Source: Lingula anatina
Lineage: Eukaryota > Animalia > Brachiopoda
DNA length: 64,000 nucleotides
NCBI GenBank assembly: GCA_051362555.1
Contig: CM120645.1
Location: forward strand, 15,252,001 to 15,316,000
Direction: 5' to 3'
Position numbers and translations under genes: made by a program. The notes under the pieces are model-generated. The model was not told the DNA's origin. It saw only the letters and a program-made list of their open reading frames with translations, and did not search any database. Positions 51,487-63,593 of the stretch are shown in pieces (positions within the stretch are counted from its first letter, which is position 1; every line of letters starts with the position of its first letter).

Positions 51487-53467
51487 CCCTCAATCACCTT
51501 TCAGGGGCCTCGCAGGCCCGGACCCATGTATCTTTTGCTCTCTCTTCGTTCACATGAGGTTTTGAGCCTGTTCCTTTTATGTAATCCTCAAGCAACTTAT
51601 ACCCCATCAATGGATAAATAATTAGTTTTGAAATAATTTACAACATAAGTAGAAATTAACTTTTCCAAAAGTTAGTCCCATTTCCTGGAAACCGGGCCTC
51701 TGAGGCCCGGTCGCTTGATAATTTTACTTCCACATGGGATAAATAAGTCCATGTTACCTCAAATAGCTTTGCTATAAAATGTTTTACACAAGCAATATCA
51801 TGTGTGCTATGACTCTCAGTATGGTCAATGAAATCTGCCTGTGAAAGATTCAAGACCTGGAGAAATTATTATTTATGAGTAATCGGTCATCTTGGTCACC
51901 TGATATGCAGATATCAGTTTAAATCTATCATTATTACATACTTGATAGACTGCGCTACCTTTGCGAAACTTTCCATTTTGAGAAAAAAAAACGTTTTTCT
52001 GCATTTCCATACACAGTGTATACTCATGCACCCAGGTGGAGGTAAAGGGAGCAAGGGACCGGTGTAACATGAAAATCTGATTCCCCCAGTCAGATTTTCA
52101 TAATGAAAATCTGACTCCCCATGAAAATTTGACTCCCCCACCACAAATGTTCATAAATCTTATTTTATTTGAGTATATGACTGTGATATTGTAATATGTA
52201 AAATGGAGGATACTTTGGCACTTTTTTTTAAGTTTGCAGGTGAATATTTTCATGAAAAAAATATGAAAATTAAAAATGTGCACTTAACCGCCCATTGTCT
52301 CCCCTTTGAAAAAGCTATTTATTTGATATTGGATGATCATTTCTACATCTTTCCTTTAAATTTACTTTATGAAGATTATATTGGAAATATTTGAAAGTTT
52401 GATGATAAAATAGTGAGTGAAAGAATGAAAAATAAATCATGAAAACCTTCATTTTTATACCCATGAGATTTGGATTCCCATAAAGAAAAGGACCCATTTT
52501 ATATTCAGTCACCATACCATTGTTTTCTACATAGTTTGCACAGAGATGTACATTTTGTTATTATTTGAAAGTTTGGTGGTGAAAATTTTGGTGAATATTT
52601 TTAAAACAAGTATTCATCTTACTACCTGTAGGTTTTGCACTTCCATGTCAAAATGCTACATTTTTAACTCAAGAAATTGGCCCCATCGCCTTTTTACTGA
52701 ATTCTTCTTATATAGCATACCCAGTATTTTACCATTCAAACTTTCAAATATTTCCAATATATTCTTCATTAAGTATCCTTAAAGAAAAGATGTCAGAATG
52801 ATCATCAAATATCAAATAGATAGCCTTTTCATAGGGGAGTCATTGGGTGTTAGAATATAAATCTTTAATTTTTCTTATTTTTTATGTGTTTTTTTATTAT
52901 TTTTTTCACCCAATTTTTTAACCATCAAACTTTCAAGTACTTTCAATATATTCCTCATAAAGTATCCTCAAAGAAAAGATGTCAGAATGATCATCAAATA
53001 TCAAATAAATAGCTTTTTCATAGGGGGGTCATTGGGTGTTAGAATATAAATCTTTAATTTTTCTAATTTTTTAATGTGTTTTTTTATTATTATTATTTTT
53101 TTCACCCAATTTTTTAACCATTAAACTTTCAAGTACTTTCAATATATTCCTCATAAAGTATCCTCAAAGAAAAGATGTTGAAATGGTCATTAAATGTCAA
53201 ATAAATAGCTTTTTCATAGGGGAGTCCTTGGGTGGTAAAATACAAATCTTTAATTTTTTTTATTTTTTCATGAAAATTTTCACCTGCAAACTAACAAAAA
53301 GTGCCAATGTGTCCTCCATTATGCATACTACAAGATCATAGTCATTTACTCAAGTTAAATTAGATTTTTGAATGTTTTTTGGGGGGAGTCAGATTTTCAT
53401 GGTACACCGGGCCTCTGAGGCCCGGTTTCAGGGTTTACGTAGGGTTCCATTTCCTTGTGGATGAGGG
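51487..53467. mobile_element. piggyBac-like non-autonomous element
   Basis: TTAA|CCCTCA...TGAGGG|TTAA; subterminal palindrome CCGGGCCTCTGAGGCCCGG repeated near both ends. Confidence 0.75.
52063..53406. mobile_element. Ginger1-like foldback element nested in the piggyBac-like element
   Basis: CCGG|TGTAACATGAAAATCTGA ... TCAGATTTTCATGGTACA|CCGG; long imperfect inverted arms; internal ~190-bp tandem repeat x3 (52781, 52970, 53166). Confidence 0.7.
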
Positions 53468-54714
53468 TTAACAATGTCTGTGTAAAAGGTATACCTCCCC
53501 TGACTCTGACCCAGCTTGCACTGTTATTGATTTTTTTTTACCTTAAAGGCCCACTTGGCAGCTTTGAGGTGCACGTTTTCATACAGGTTATTTGTTGATC
53601 TTGCTCCAAAACCTGTTTGCTACACAATGAGTGCTTAACAATGTATAGTGTTTACACACTTATGGCTTTTTATTACAAGGTGCACGGATTTCTAAAAAAA
53701 AAGTAGTCCTTTTGTATTTGATGGTAGAGTTAGCCACACCGCAACTAAATTAATACAGCAGATCCAATCCAGAGTTCTTGGAACTTGGAAAAAAGTTGAC
53801 AAGAGGAAAATCTCACAAGTAGATCCTTAGATACTTACCTGGCAGTGGTATATGTTTGTCCTCCATTAAAAGTAAGTGCCTTAATTTTTAGTCTACATTT
53901 CTTCTTGTATGATTTAGGCTGTGGTCCCGCATAACTGGAATAGGTTATCAAGATGTTTGACATGAGGCTGACAAAGTGAAAGAGGAATCAAAGTGTTGGT
54001 GGAAAATATCTCTAAAAGAGGTGTGAAGTATATATAGTATATGCTTCAGTCAATAACCAAAAACCCTCTTATCTATAGCACCATGCATGTGCTTGGGCAA
54101 GAATAACGTTTTTTTCAGAAGAACATATATTACCTACATTTAGCCATGACACAAAGCCAACTGAGTTACAGTTAAAACATTTATAAAGAGTTATAATTTA
54201 TAAATAAGTTATAATTGAAACACTACAATTTATTTGGAACATAAGAAAAAAAATTGATACTTCAGCATGTGATATGGACTTCTATATTGGGTTTGAGTGT
54301 ATTGATCAATTTACTGTGTCAATACAAAATGGGCACTGCATGAATTTTACCAATAAAATAGTCCCATGGTTCTTGGCAGCAAGATGTATTGCTTATTAAT
54401 TATTAATACCTTTAAACCAACACATCAGGTGCACTGGGTACTGTATGCATTATATGTTGCATATACAGGCTATCGAAGTATCATTTGCATGTGCGTAAAA
54501 TACAGTGAATACAAGTGTAGCTCCCTCGCTGTCTAGTTTGCAATTTCATTCGGACAGGATGGCACTTACTCTGGATAAAAGTCACAGAATACAGAGTAAA
54601 AGTTATGACGAAAAGTGAAGTTGCTGTAGAGAGTAGTCACAGCTTGAAGTTAAGCTAGAACAGAGAGGTGAAACATGTAGAGGCGGTTGTTCAGACTCCA
54701 AAAGCACAGACACT

Positions 54715-55360
54715 AGGCCTCATAAACAATAATTGCTGTTTCCGAGCAAGAGCCTCAGATTCCCTAGCGCAAATGCCAATGTTAACGAGCCCCACCTCAG
54801 ATTAACAAGCACAACGTTAAGTTACTGAGCACAAACTTAGTGTTTCCAAGCACTATCAATTTGTCCAGATTCCATCGCCCCCCCCTCCCCCTGGCTGCTT
54901 ATACATACGGGTTCTTTTCATCAACTCAGGACTATTTTCAAGATGGCAGAAGATACAAGAGACATAATGGTGGAACTTTCAGAGATTTCTGGGCGCAAAC
55001 AAGTAATATTATCTCCCCTTTCTTTTTCTTTGATGAAAGAGAAAGGATTTTTATTTGAGCAAAATAAACGTGGAAAATATAAAAATTCTCAAAACAAACC
55101 AAACTACTTCAATAGTACATTCCACTATCCATACCGCGTATTAATACAGCAGCAATGTGTTATCGACAACCTTCGGCTCATACAGAACATGCTGAATGGG
55201 TAGATAAGTGGATCAATGGTTAGTGCTTGGAAAGGCTAAGTTAGTGCTCGTTAACTTAATGTTGTGCTTGTTAATCTCAGGTGGGGCTTGTTAATATTGG
55301 CATTTGCGCTCGGGAATCTGAGGCTCGTGCTCGGAAACGCCTAATCCATTTATGAGGTCT
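54715..55360. mobile_element. Non-autonomous DNA transposon with ~125-bp TIRs (Harbinger-like ends)
   Basis: AGGCCTCATAAA...TGAGCACAAACTTAG (54715-54840) inverted at 55237-55360. Confidence 0.75.
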
Positions 55361-56662
55361 GACAGATTCAAGGTTTGTTTATTTTCTGCTAACTGTTTTA
55401 AAAGATATTATACTGTTTTGCCTACCAGTTGTTTGAGCTTATCCAATGAGAACCAATAACCAAAACATGTCTTTGCTACTTCAGAGACTACACCCCATAA
55501 TGAGACAGAAAACTATATTGACAGCAATGGTCATATCATTACCTGTATCTTACAGGTTCCAGGCAGTGACAAAATCTGGTGAAATTGAACTCTCACATCT
55601 GTAGCAACGCATTGCAGAGAATACAATAAACCATTATTATTATTATGTACAGACACAGATGTGTCTGTACATATAGTCATCACCTGCGTCTGTCATCGCT
55701 GTTGCCACTGTTGCTGTCGCCGTGCACTTTTACCCATGACACGATAAGTGGAAAACCATTTTTTCTTTTGGCTTAAAACTTACAGAACTGATAAATATTC
55801 ATAAAATGTAGGTCAAGTTAAAAAATCAGCATTATCAGGACATTTTTAGGGAAATTATGCTGTTTTTTCACTTTTTTCAGCATATATGCAGCACCGATAA
55901 CACGATAAGTGGAAAACCATTTTACTTTTTGGCTTGAAACTTACAAAACTGATGAATATTCATAATCCGCAGGTCAAGTTCGAAAATCAGCATGATTGGG
56001 TCATTTCCAGGGAAGTTACGCTGTTATTTCCCTTTTTTCAGCATATATGCAGCACCAATAACACGATAAGTGGAAAACCATTTTACTTTTTGGCTTGAAA
56101 CTTACAGAACTGATGAATATTTATAATCCGCAGGTCAGGTACGAAAATCAGCATGATAGGGCCATTTTTAGGGAATTTATGCTGTTTTTTCACTTTTTTC
56201 AACATATATGCAACACTGATAACACAATATAAGAAAAACAGATAGGCCAATTGTCATTATACTCACAGGAGTAGTCAAACCAACTAAAATGCAGGTTGAG
56301 TTCGAAAATCAGCATTATCGGGCATTTATTTTAGAAGTTTTGCCGTTTTTTCACATTTCCTCAGATTCAATTCTTAGGCATGTTAACAGTCTCATTATTG
56401 ACCTAATAAGATACGTAAAAGTGTTTGTTTGATATTTCCTGCATCTTTACAACATTGTTAATTGATTATGTGAAAATGATTGTAAACTTGTTTTCGTGTA
56501 TTGTGTAATAAAGTGTCAAAAATGGAAATAAACTCATATGATTGCAGTTTGTCAGATTCAATCATCCACTATGTTCAGAATCTGAGAATGAAGGAAATTG
56601 TACATTTAACACTGTTCTATTGATATTTTTCCCATCTCATCAATTTTCTTAGTTGATCATAT

Positions 56663-58471
56663 AACAAGGCAGCAAAGCTGTCAAATGTACAGACAAAGAA
56701 CAGAAAATAAAGATGCAAATAAGTGAAAAATTAAATTTTCACAAAAAACTGTTAAATTGCCAGAAAAATTTACCAAACAGACTGCGTTGCCTATTGAAGC
56801 TGTATGTTAGACCCATGTTTCTTTCCTGTAAGTTTGAGAACAGTAAGTGACATGATTTCCCTTAAATGGTCATCATAGGAGCAGTGCCCAAAATAGGGGT
56901 TTCTTCAAATTTTGATGCAACATTACATAATGTTTAACAGCATAATGACAATCAAATGTTATTAATAAAATATTAGTAACATGGACATTCAGAAAATGTG
57001 ACAAGCAAAAGTCTTCAAGATCATGGAACTTTAAAGTCACACCTTGAAAATGCCAATATGTGAAAAATTAAATTTTCACAAAAAACTGTTTAACTGCCAA
57101 AATAAATAAATAAATAAATAAAAATACCAAACAGACTGCATTGCCTACTGAAGCTGTATTTTAGTCCCATGTTTCTTTCCTGTAAGTTTGAGAACAGTAA
57201 GTGACATGATTTTCCTTAAATGGCCATCATGGAAGCAGTGCCCAAAATAGGGGTTTCTTCAAATTTTGATGCAATATTACATAATGTTTAACAGCTTAAT
57301 GACCATCAATTTTTAATTATAAAATATTTGTTTCACAGATATTCAGAAAATGTGACTAGCAAAGGTCTTCAGGCCCATGGAACTTCAAAGTCACGCCTTG
57401 AAAATGCCAAAATGTAAACAAGACAGCACTGTTCTGAAATGGGTTTATTTCCATTTTTAACACTTTTTTAACATAAAACAAAATAAACATTTTACTGCCA
57501 TTTTATATGACCAACTAAGAAAATTGATGAGATGGGAAAAGTATCAATAGAACAGTGTTAAATGTCCAATTTCCTCCATTCTGAGATTCTGAACATAGTG
57601 GATGATTGAATCTGACAAACTGCAATGATATGAGTTTATTTCCATTTTTGACACTTTATTACACAATACATGATAACAAGTTTACCATGTTTTTTACATA
57701 ATCAACTAACAATGTTGTAAAGATGCAGGAAATATCAAACAAACACTTTTAGGCATCTTATTAGTTAAATAATGAGACTGTTAACATGCCTAATAATTGA
57801 ATCTGAGGAAATGTGAAAAACAGTATAACTTCTAAAATAATGGCCTGATTATGCTGATTTTCGAACTCAACCTGCGTTTTAGTAAGATCATAGAAGTAGA
57901 TATTGTGTTATCAGTGTTGTATTTATATTGAAAATAGTGAAAAAACAGCATAAATTCCCTAAAAATGGCCCAATCATGCTGATTTTACTTGACCTGCGTA
58001 TTATGAATATTCATCAGTTCTGTAAGTTTCAAGTCAAAAGGTAAAATGGTTTTCCACTTATCGTGTTATCGGTGCTGCATATATGCTGAAAAAAGTGAAA
58101 AAACAGCATAAATTCCCTAAAAGTGACCCGATCATGCTGATTTTCGAACTTGACCTGCGTATTATGAATATTCATCAGTTCTGTAAGTTTCAAGGCAAAA
58201 GGTAAAATGGTTTTCCACTTATCGTGTTATCGGTGCTGCATATATGCTGAAAAAAGTGAAAAAACAGCATAAATTCCCTAAAAGTGACCCGATCATGCTG
58301 ATTTTCGAACTTGACCTGCGTATTATGAATATTCATCAGTTCTGCAAGTTTCAAGTCAAAAGGTAAAATGGTTTTCCACTTATCGTGTTATCGGTAAAAG
58401 TGCACGGCGACGACGGCGACGACAGACGCAGATGATGGCAATATGTACAGACACATCTGTGTCTGTACATA
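56663..58471 (-). mobile_element. Complete inverted copy of the same Helentron-like family nested in the host
   Basis: 5' hairpin at 58443-58470, 3' end AACAAGGCAGCAAAGCTGTCAAATGTACAGAC at 56663. The flanks rejoin as gatcatata/aaatggc, matching the element's own internal sequence at ~57497-57520. Confidence 0.8.
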
Positions 58472-60564
58472 AAAATGGCAACAAACTGTTTATTTTGTTT
58501 TATGTTAAAAAATGTTAAAAATGGAAATAAACCCATTTCAGAACAGTGCTGTCTTGTTTACATTTTGGCATTTGTAAGATGTGACTTTGAAGTTCCATGA
58601 GCCTGCTGACCTTTGCTAGTCACATTTTCTGAATATCCATGATACTAATATTTTATGATTAAAAATTGATGGTCATTATGCTGTTAAACATTATGTAATG
58701 TTGCATCAAAATTTGAAGAAACCCCTATTTTAGGCACTGCTCCCATGATGACCATTTAAGAAAAACCATGTCACTTACTGTTTTCAAACTTACAGGAAAG
58801 AAACATAGGGCTAAAATACAGCTTCAGTAGGCAATGCAGTCTGTTTGGTCATTTTTTCTGGCAGTTAAACAGTTTTTTGTGAAAATTAAATTTTTTCACA
58901 TATTGGCATTTTCAAGATGTGAATTTGAAGTTCCATGAGCCTGCAGACCTTTGCTAGTCACGTTTTCTGAATGTTCATGTGACTAATATTCTATTATGAA
59001 AAATTGATGGTCATTATGCTGTTAAACATTATGTAATATTGCATCAAAATTTGAAGAAACCCCTATTTTGGGCACTGCTCCCATGATGACCATTTAAAGG
59101 TACATACGAACCGAGCGTGGATTCCCAGTAACACATGTAAACCACTTCTACTAGATTCTCATATGACTCAAATAAATTTGACATGCCAAGGGATAAACTG
59201 AATAGATCACTCGATCATCCATAAAAGACCTTTAGACTGCTCCTTTCTTTAAATTTATGGTTGTAAATTTAACCTACTTCCGTGACCTACTTTCCTGCCC
59301 TATTGACATACAGCTTAGAATCTGTTCATTTTTTCTGGCAGTTAAACAGTTTTTTGTGAAAATTATCAAGGTGTGACTTTGAAGTTCCATGATCCTGAAG
59401 ACCTTTGCTTGTCACGTTTTCTGAATGTCCATGTTACTAATATTCTATTATTAAAAATTGATGGTCATTATGCTGTTAAGCATTATGTAATGTTGCATCA
59501 AAATAGAAGAAAACACAATTTTTGGTGCTGCTGCCATGGTGACCATTATGGGAAAACCGTGTTATGACTGTCAAACCTTTAAAAAAGAAACACAGGACTA
59601 AAATGCAGAATGAGTTGGAAAAGCAGTCTTATTGGCTTCTTTTTCTGGAAGTTATACATTTGAGTGAAATATTCATTATCTTTTTGGCATATTCACTGTG
59701 GGACTCGGAGCTCCCATGGACATGAAGCCGAATGGTAATCAAATTTTCTACATGTCCATGCTATTCATTGACACAGGACTAAAATGCAGAATGCGTTGGA
59801 AAAGCAGTCTAATTGGCTTCTTTTTCTGGAAGTTATACATTTGAGTGAAATATTCATTATCTTTTTGGCATATTCATTGTGGGAATCGGAGCTCCCATGG
59901 ACATGAAGCCGAATGGTAATCAAATTTTCTACATGTCCATGCTATTTATTGTCAATAATCAAAAATTGGTGATAATTATTCTATTATTTATTATGTAATG
60001 TTACATCAAAATTGACAACAATATTTTTGCATTGCTACTGCAAACATTATGAAAAGAAAACTGTGTTACTTATTATTATTTTTAACTTACAAGTATGATT
60101 TTTAGGATTGGCATGCAGTTCAAATTAGAAAGCCAGGTCAATTGGGTTATCATTTATTATTGAATATATGCAATTTTGTGTGAAATTTTCATTTTTCTCA
60201 TTCTGGCACTTTCTAAGTATAAACTTGAACTCTGATGGGCCTGAAGCCTTATGCTTTTACTTTCGTCGTTGTTACCTGTTGTGCATAATTAAAATTTGAT
60301 GTTGACTGTGCAGTAAAACATAATGTATTATTGCATCAGAATTGGTAGTCTCCTATTTTGTGCATGACTGTTTTGTGCTTTTCTTAAGATGTGACTTATG
60401 GGCCTGAAAGACCTTTGAGAGGGTCAGTCTGTTAATATCCCTTGGGTATCACTTAGCTAATTTCTGAGTTATAAAGTCATTTGCCTAATTGATAGGCCAT
60501 TAAAGGAGATTACATAAAGCACACTTGTTGATATTTCCTTGTAAACTCCCAAAAGTTAAGCTCT

Positions 60565-60565
<1 letters not shown>

Positions 60566-60610
<45 letters not shown>
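60566..60610. repeat. (CT)n(AT)n microsatellite
   Basis: Directly visible. Confidence 0.95.
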
Positions 60611-61426
60611 ATCAAAGATTAAAAGTTTGAATTGCAGCTTCATTGAAATTATATTTACCTCAGGCTCTGCCAAGGAGGTTATATTTTCACCCTTGTTTGT
60701 CTGTCATCAACATAACTCAAAAAGTTATGGACCGATTTTGTTGAAATTTTCAGGAACTGTCAGAATTGGGCCAAAGAGGACAATGATTAGTTTTTAGTGG
60801 TGGTTTGGCTCAATAATCAATCAATAATAATCAGCAATTGCTGCCTTGGCAGAGGTCTGCACTCTCGGTGGTTTTCTAGTTTTGTTATGTTTTCCTTTAC
60901 AATTTTTTTCTCAAACACTTGCATTTGTGACTTTTAACTCTCATCCACTCGAGGCTCTGCACATTTTCTGTATTTCCACATAAGCAATTGTATTGTTTTT
61001 TATGTCTTTAAACATTATATAATATTATTTTATGCACTGTCATCATTTTTCAAATATTGAGACTTTCATCATGTGACTTTGGTCTCTCATGGTCCTGAAA
61101 CTGTAACCTTATTGAAGGGGTGGATTGAGACCATCTTCTGGGTCTTCTGGAAGACAGGTTATTAAGTTTATATTGACTGGTATCTATTTTTTTCTGTTGG
61201 AAGACCATCAAAATGGAGGATGAATCAACATAGATACTTTGGAATACTGTCAGAAAACATCTCAAGGTCCGCTCCTGTTATTGACCATGTTACCTGTTGT
61301 GCATGATTAAAATTCAGTGTTGACTGACAGTGTTATTATAAGCATTATTTATGTGAAAATAGTTTCATTGGATCTTAGTTTTGATAGTCAAAAAGGTTTC
61401 ATTTATGCTAGATCCTGAAATTAGAT

Positions 61427-61478
61427 TTACCTGTTGACTGTTTCGTCTGTTCACTCTGACAGACTTGGTCACAACTGA
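61427..61478 (-). ncRNA. Minimal type I hammerhead ribozyme, G3-C8 variant
   Basis: Minus strand: gtt GTGACCA a gtctgt cagagtga acagac GAAA ca GTC aac; perfect 6-bp stem II; predicted cleavage between 61436 and 61435; located 60-100 nt after the ORF stop, in the pLTR. Confidence 0.75.
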
Positions 61479-61534
61479 ATTACCTGTTCAGGTGAAGGTG
61501 AACAGGTAATTATCTCAGTCTTGATGATGACTTG

Positions 61535-63435
61535 TTAGCCCCTCTCTCCCCCTCCCCCCAGGGTGGGTTTGAGAATGTCGTCATACACATGGGACAGCTT
61601 GTGTGCTCCTTCATCTCTGTTCATGTTGTGTTTCTTCCTTCTTATCCAGATCGATTCCAAAACTTTGCGCTTGCTGTAGTCATTTTCACCGGTTAGCACC
61701 TTTACATTGTCCCATTTTGGCACATGGTTGTTATCTGACATATGATCTGTGATGGCAGATTTGTGTAGAACTCCTGTCGACATAGAGCGTTTGGACCTGG
61801 TGTTAACTCCCTCACCTACATTTTCCTTAACATCTTTCTTGTGTTCCTCTAGTCTTGTTTCTAATTTTCTTCCCGTCTCTCCAACATAGACTCTGTCACA
61901 GCTCCCACACCCGATTTGATATACTACTCCACACTTCTTGTTGTCTTCTATCTTATCTTTTGGATGTACAAGAAAGTTTCTGAGTTTTGTGTGTGGTTTG
62001 AATGATACTCCGATGTTTTCCTTCCTCATTGAATTCATGATTTTCTCTGATATTCCTTTCACGTATGGGATTGTGACCTGTCCTTTGGATTTTTCCACTT
62101 TCTGCTCTTTCTTGTTTTTGGATATCTTACTTCCTGATCTTTTCATTTCCATTTGATGTTTCACCTTCTTTATTGTCCATTTTGGATAATTACATTGTTT
62201 CAATGCTTCTTTTATGATGTTTTCTTCTTCCATCCTGTCCTCTGGTTCGGTCACTAGTTCGTAACAGCCATCTAACAATGTTCTTACTACTGCCAATTTG
62301 TGTACTACTGGATGGTGGGATGTGAAATCCAGATACTGGTTAGTGTGAGTTGGTTTTCTGTACACTTTGGTTTTTATGGATCCATCTGCTTTGACTATAA
62401 TGTCTGTGTCCAAGAAAGCTATGTGGTTGTCCTTCATTTCTTCATTGGTGAATTTTATGCTGTTGGAGAGGTCAATGCTATTCATGTGTTGGTTCACTGC
62501 TGCTGTAGTGCCCTTTGGTATTATTGCCAGGATGTCATCCACATATCTGAGCCATAGGCGTGGCTTGCACCAAAGGGGGCCGTTTTAATGGCTGTTTGCT
62601 CCAAATCCTCCATGAAAATGTTAGCTATCAAAGGAGATACCGGACTGCCCATTGCTGTACCGAATTTTTGGTGGTATATTATTCCTCTGAAACTGAAATA
62701 TGTTTTTGTTAAAACAAATTCCAATAGTTCCATGATGTCATCAATAGATAGTAGCGTTCTCTGTTTCAGTTTCTTGTTCTCTAGTAGTCTCCTTCTGGTG
62801 ATGTCAAGCGCTTGGTCGATGGGTGTGTTGGTGAATAATGAGGTTACATCAAATGATACCAATGTTTCATCTTTTTCAATTCTTAATTCCTTCAAGATCT
62901 TGACTAAATGTTTTGAATTTTGAACATGATGTTCTGTGTTCCCTATCAATGGAGCTAGTATGTCCGCTAAACTTCTTGAAAGGTTATATGTTATGGAACC
63001 TGTATAGTCCACTATCGGTCTTAGAGGTGTGTTCTCTTTGTGTACTTTGGGCGTACAATATAGTCTAGGTGTTATTTCTGCTGTGGGATAAAGGAAATGT
63101 TTCTGTTGTTCACTGATTTTTCCTGCTTTTAACAATCTGTTTATGTTGGCAACTACCTTTCTCTTATAAGATTGAGTGGGGTCAACATCCAGCTTACCGT
63201 ATGTACGTGTGTCTGCTAACATGTGTTGTACTTTCTCGTTGTACTCCTCCACGTCCATTATTACCGTTTTTCGTCCTTTGTCCGCCGGTAGTATCATTAT
63301 GTCCTTTTCCTTTCTTAATGTTTTTAATGCCCGTTGTTCTCCCTTTGTTAAATTGGACGCTGGTGTCTTGTTGGACTTTAGGATTGATGTTACCTTCCCT
63401 CTCAGTTGGTCCCGTTTGTTTTCCGGTAGTAGCAT
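61535..63435 (-). pseudogene. Penelope reverse transcriptase / GIY-YIG endonuclease, 5'-truncated, one frameshift
   Basis: ADKG, PKVHK..PLRPIV, SFDVTSLFTN, GTAMGSPVSP, WLRYVDD, FLD, VYRKPT, GVVYQIGCGSCDRVYVGET; -1 nt in the G5 run at ~62575-62579. Confidence 0.92.
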
Positions 63436-63593
63436 GCAACAGTCAACAGGTAAATCAAATTTCAGGATCTAGCATAAATGAAACCTTTTTGACTAGCATT
63501 ATTTATTATTGCATCAAAATTGACAAAATGACCTTTTTTTGCATCTTTATTTTCTGTTTTTTGTCTGTACATTTGACAGCTTTGCTGCCTTGT

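Larger units (their letters stand above)
61353..63494 (-). mobile_element. Penelope-like retroelement, 5'-truncated, with inverted partial pLTR and 12-bp TSD
   Basis: RT plus GIY-YIG ORF; 57-bp inverted repeat 61386-61442 / 63438-63494 with one mismatch; AGCATTATTTAT at 61341-61352 and 63495-63506. Confidence 0.93.
55643..63593 (+). mobile_element. Large Helentron-like non-autonomous element (host) with 161-bp and ~340-bp internal repeats, interrupted by several insertions
   Basis: 5' hairpin ATGTACAGACACA-GA-TGTGTCTGTACAT, GTC-rich tract, 161-bp units (55741, 55902, 56063), 3' end GTCTGTACATTTGACAGCTTTGCTGCCTTGTT at 63563-63594. Confidence 0.65.

Noticed and set aside
53831-53845. ATACTTACCTGGCAG, identical to the U1 snRNA 5' end
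   Set aside because: Similarity stops after ~15 nt with no U1 stem-loops or Sm site; better explained as a consensus donor on the minus strand.
55741-58392. Regularly spaced repeats resembling a CRISPR array
   Set aside because: Whole 161-bp units repeat with no unique spacers; eukaryotic context, no cas genes.
62560-62590. Programmed ribosomal frameshift between the two Penelope ORFs
   Set aside because: Penelope elements have a single ORF; the break is in a homopolymer within the RT domain, so mutation or sequencing error is more likely.
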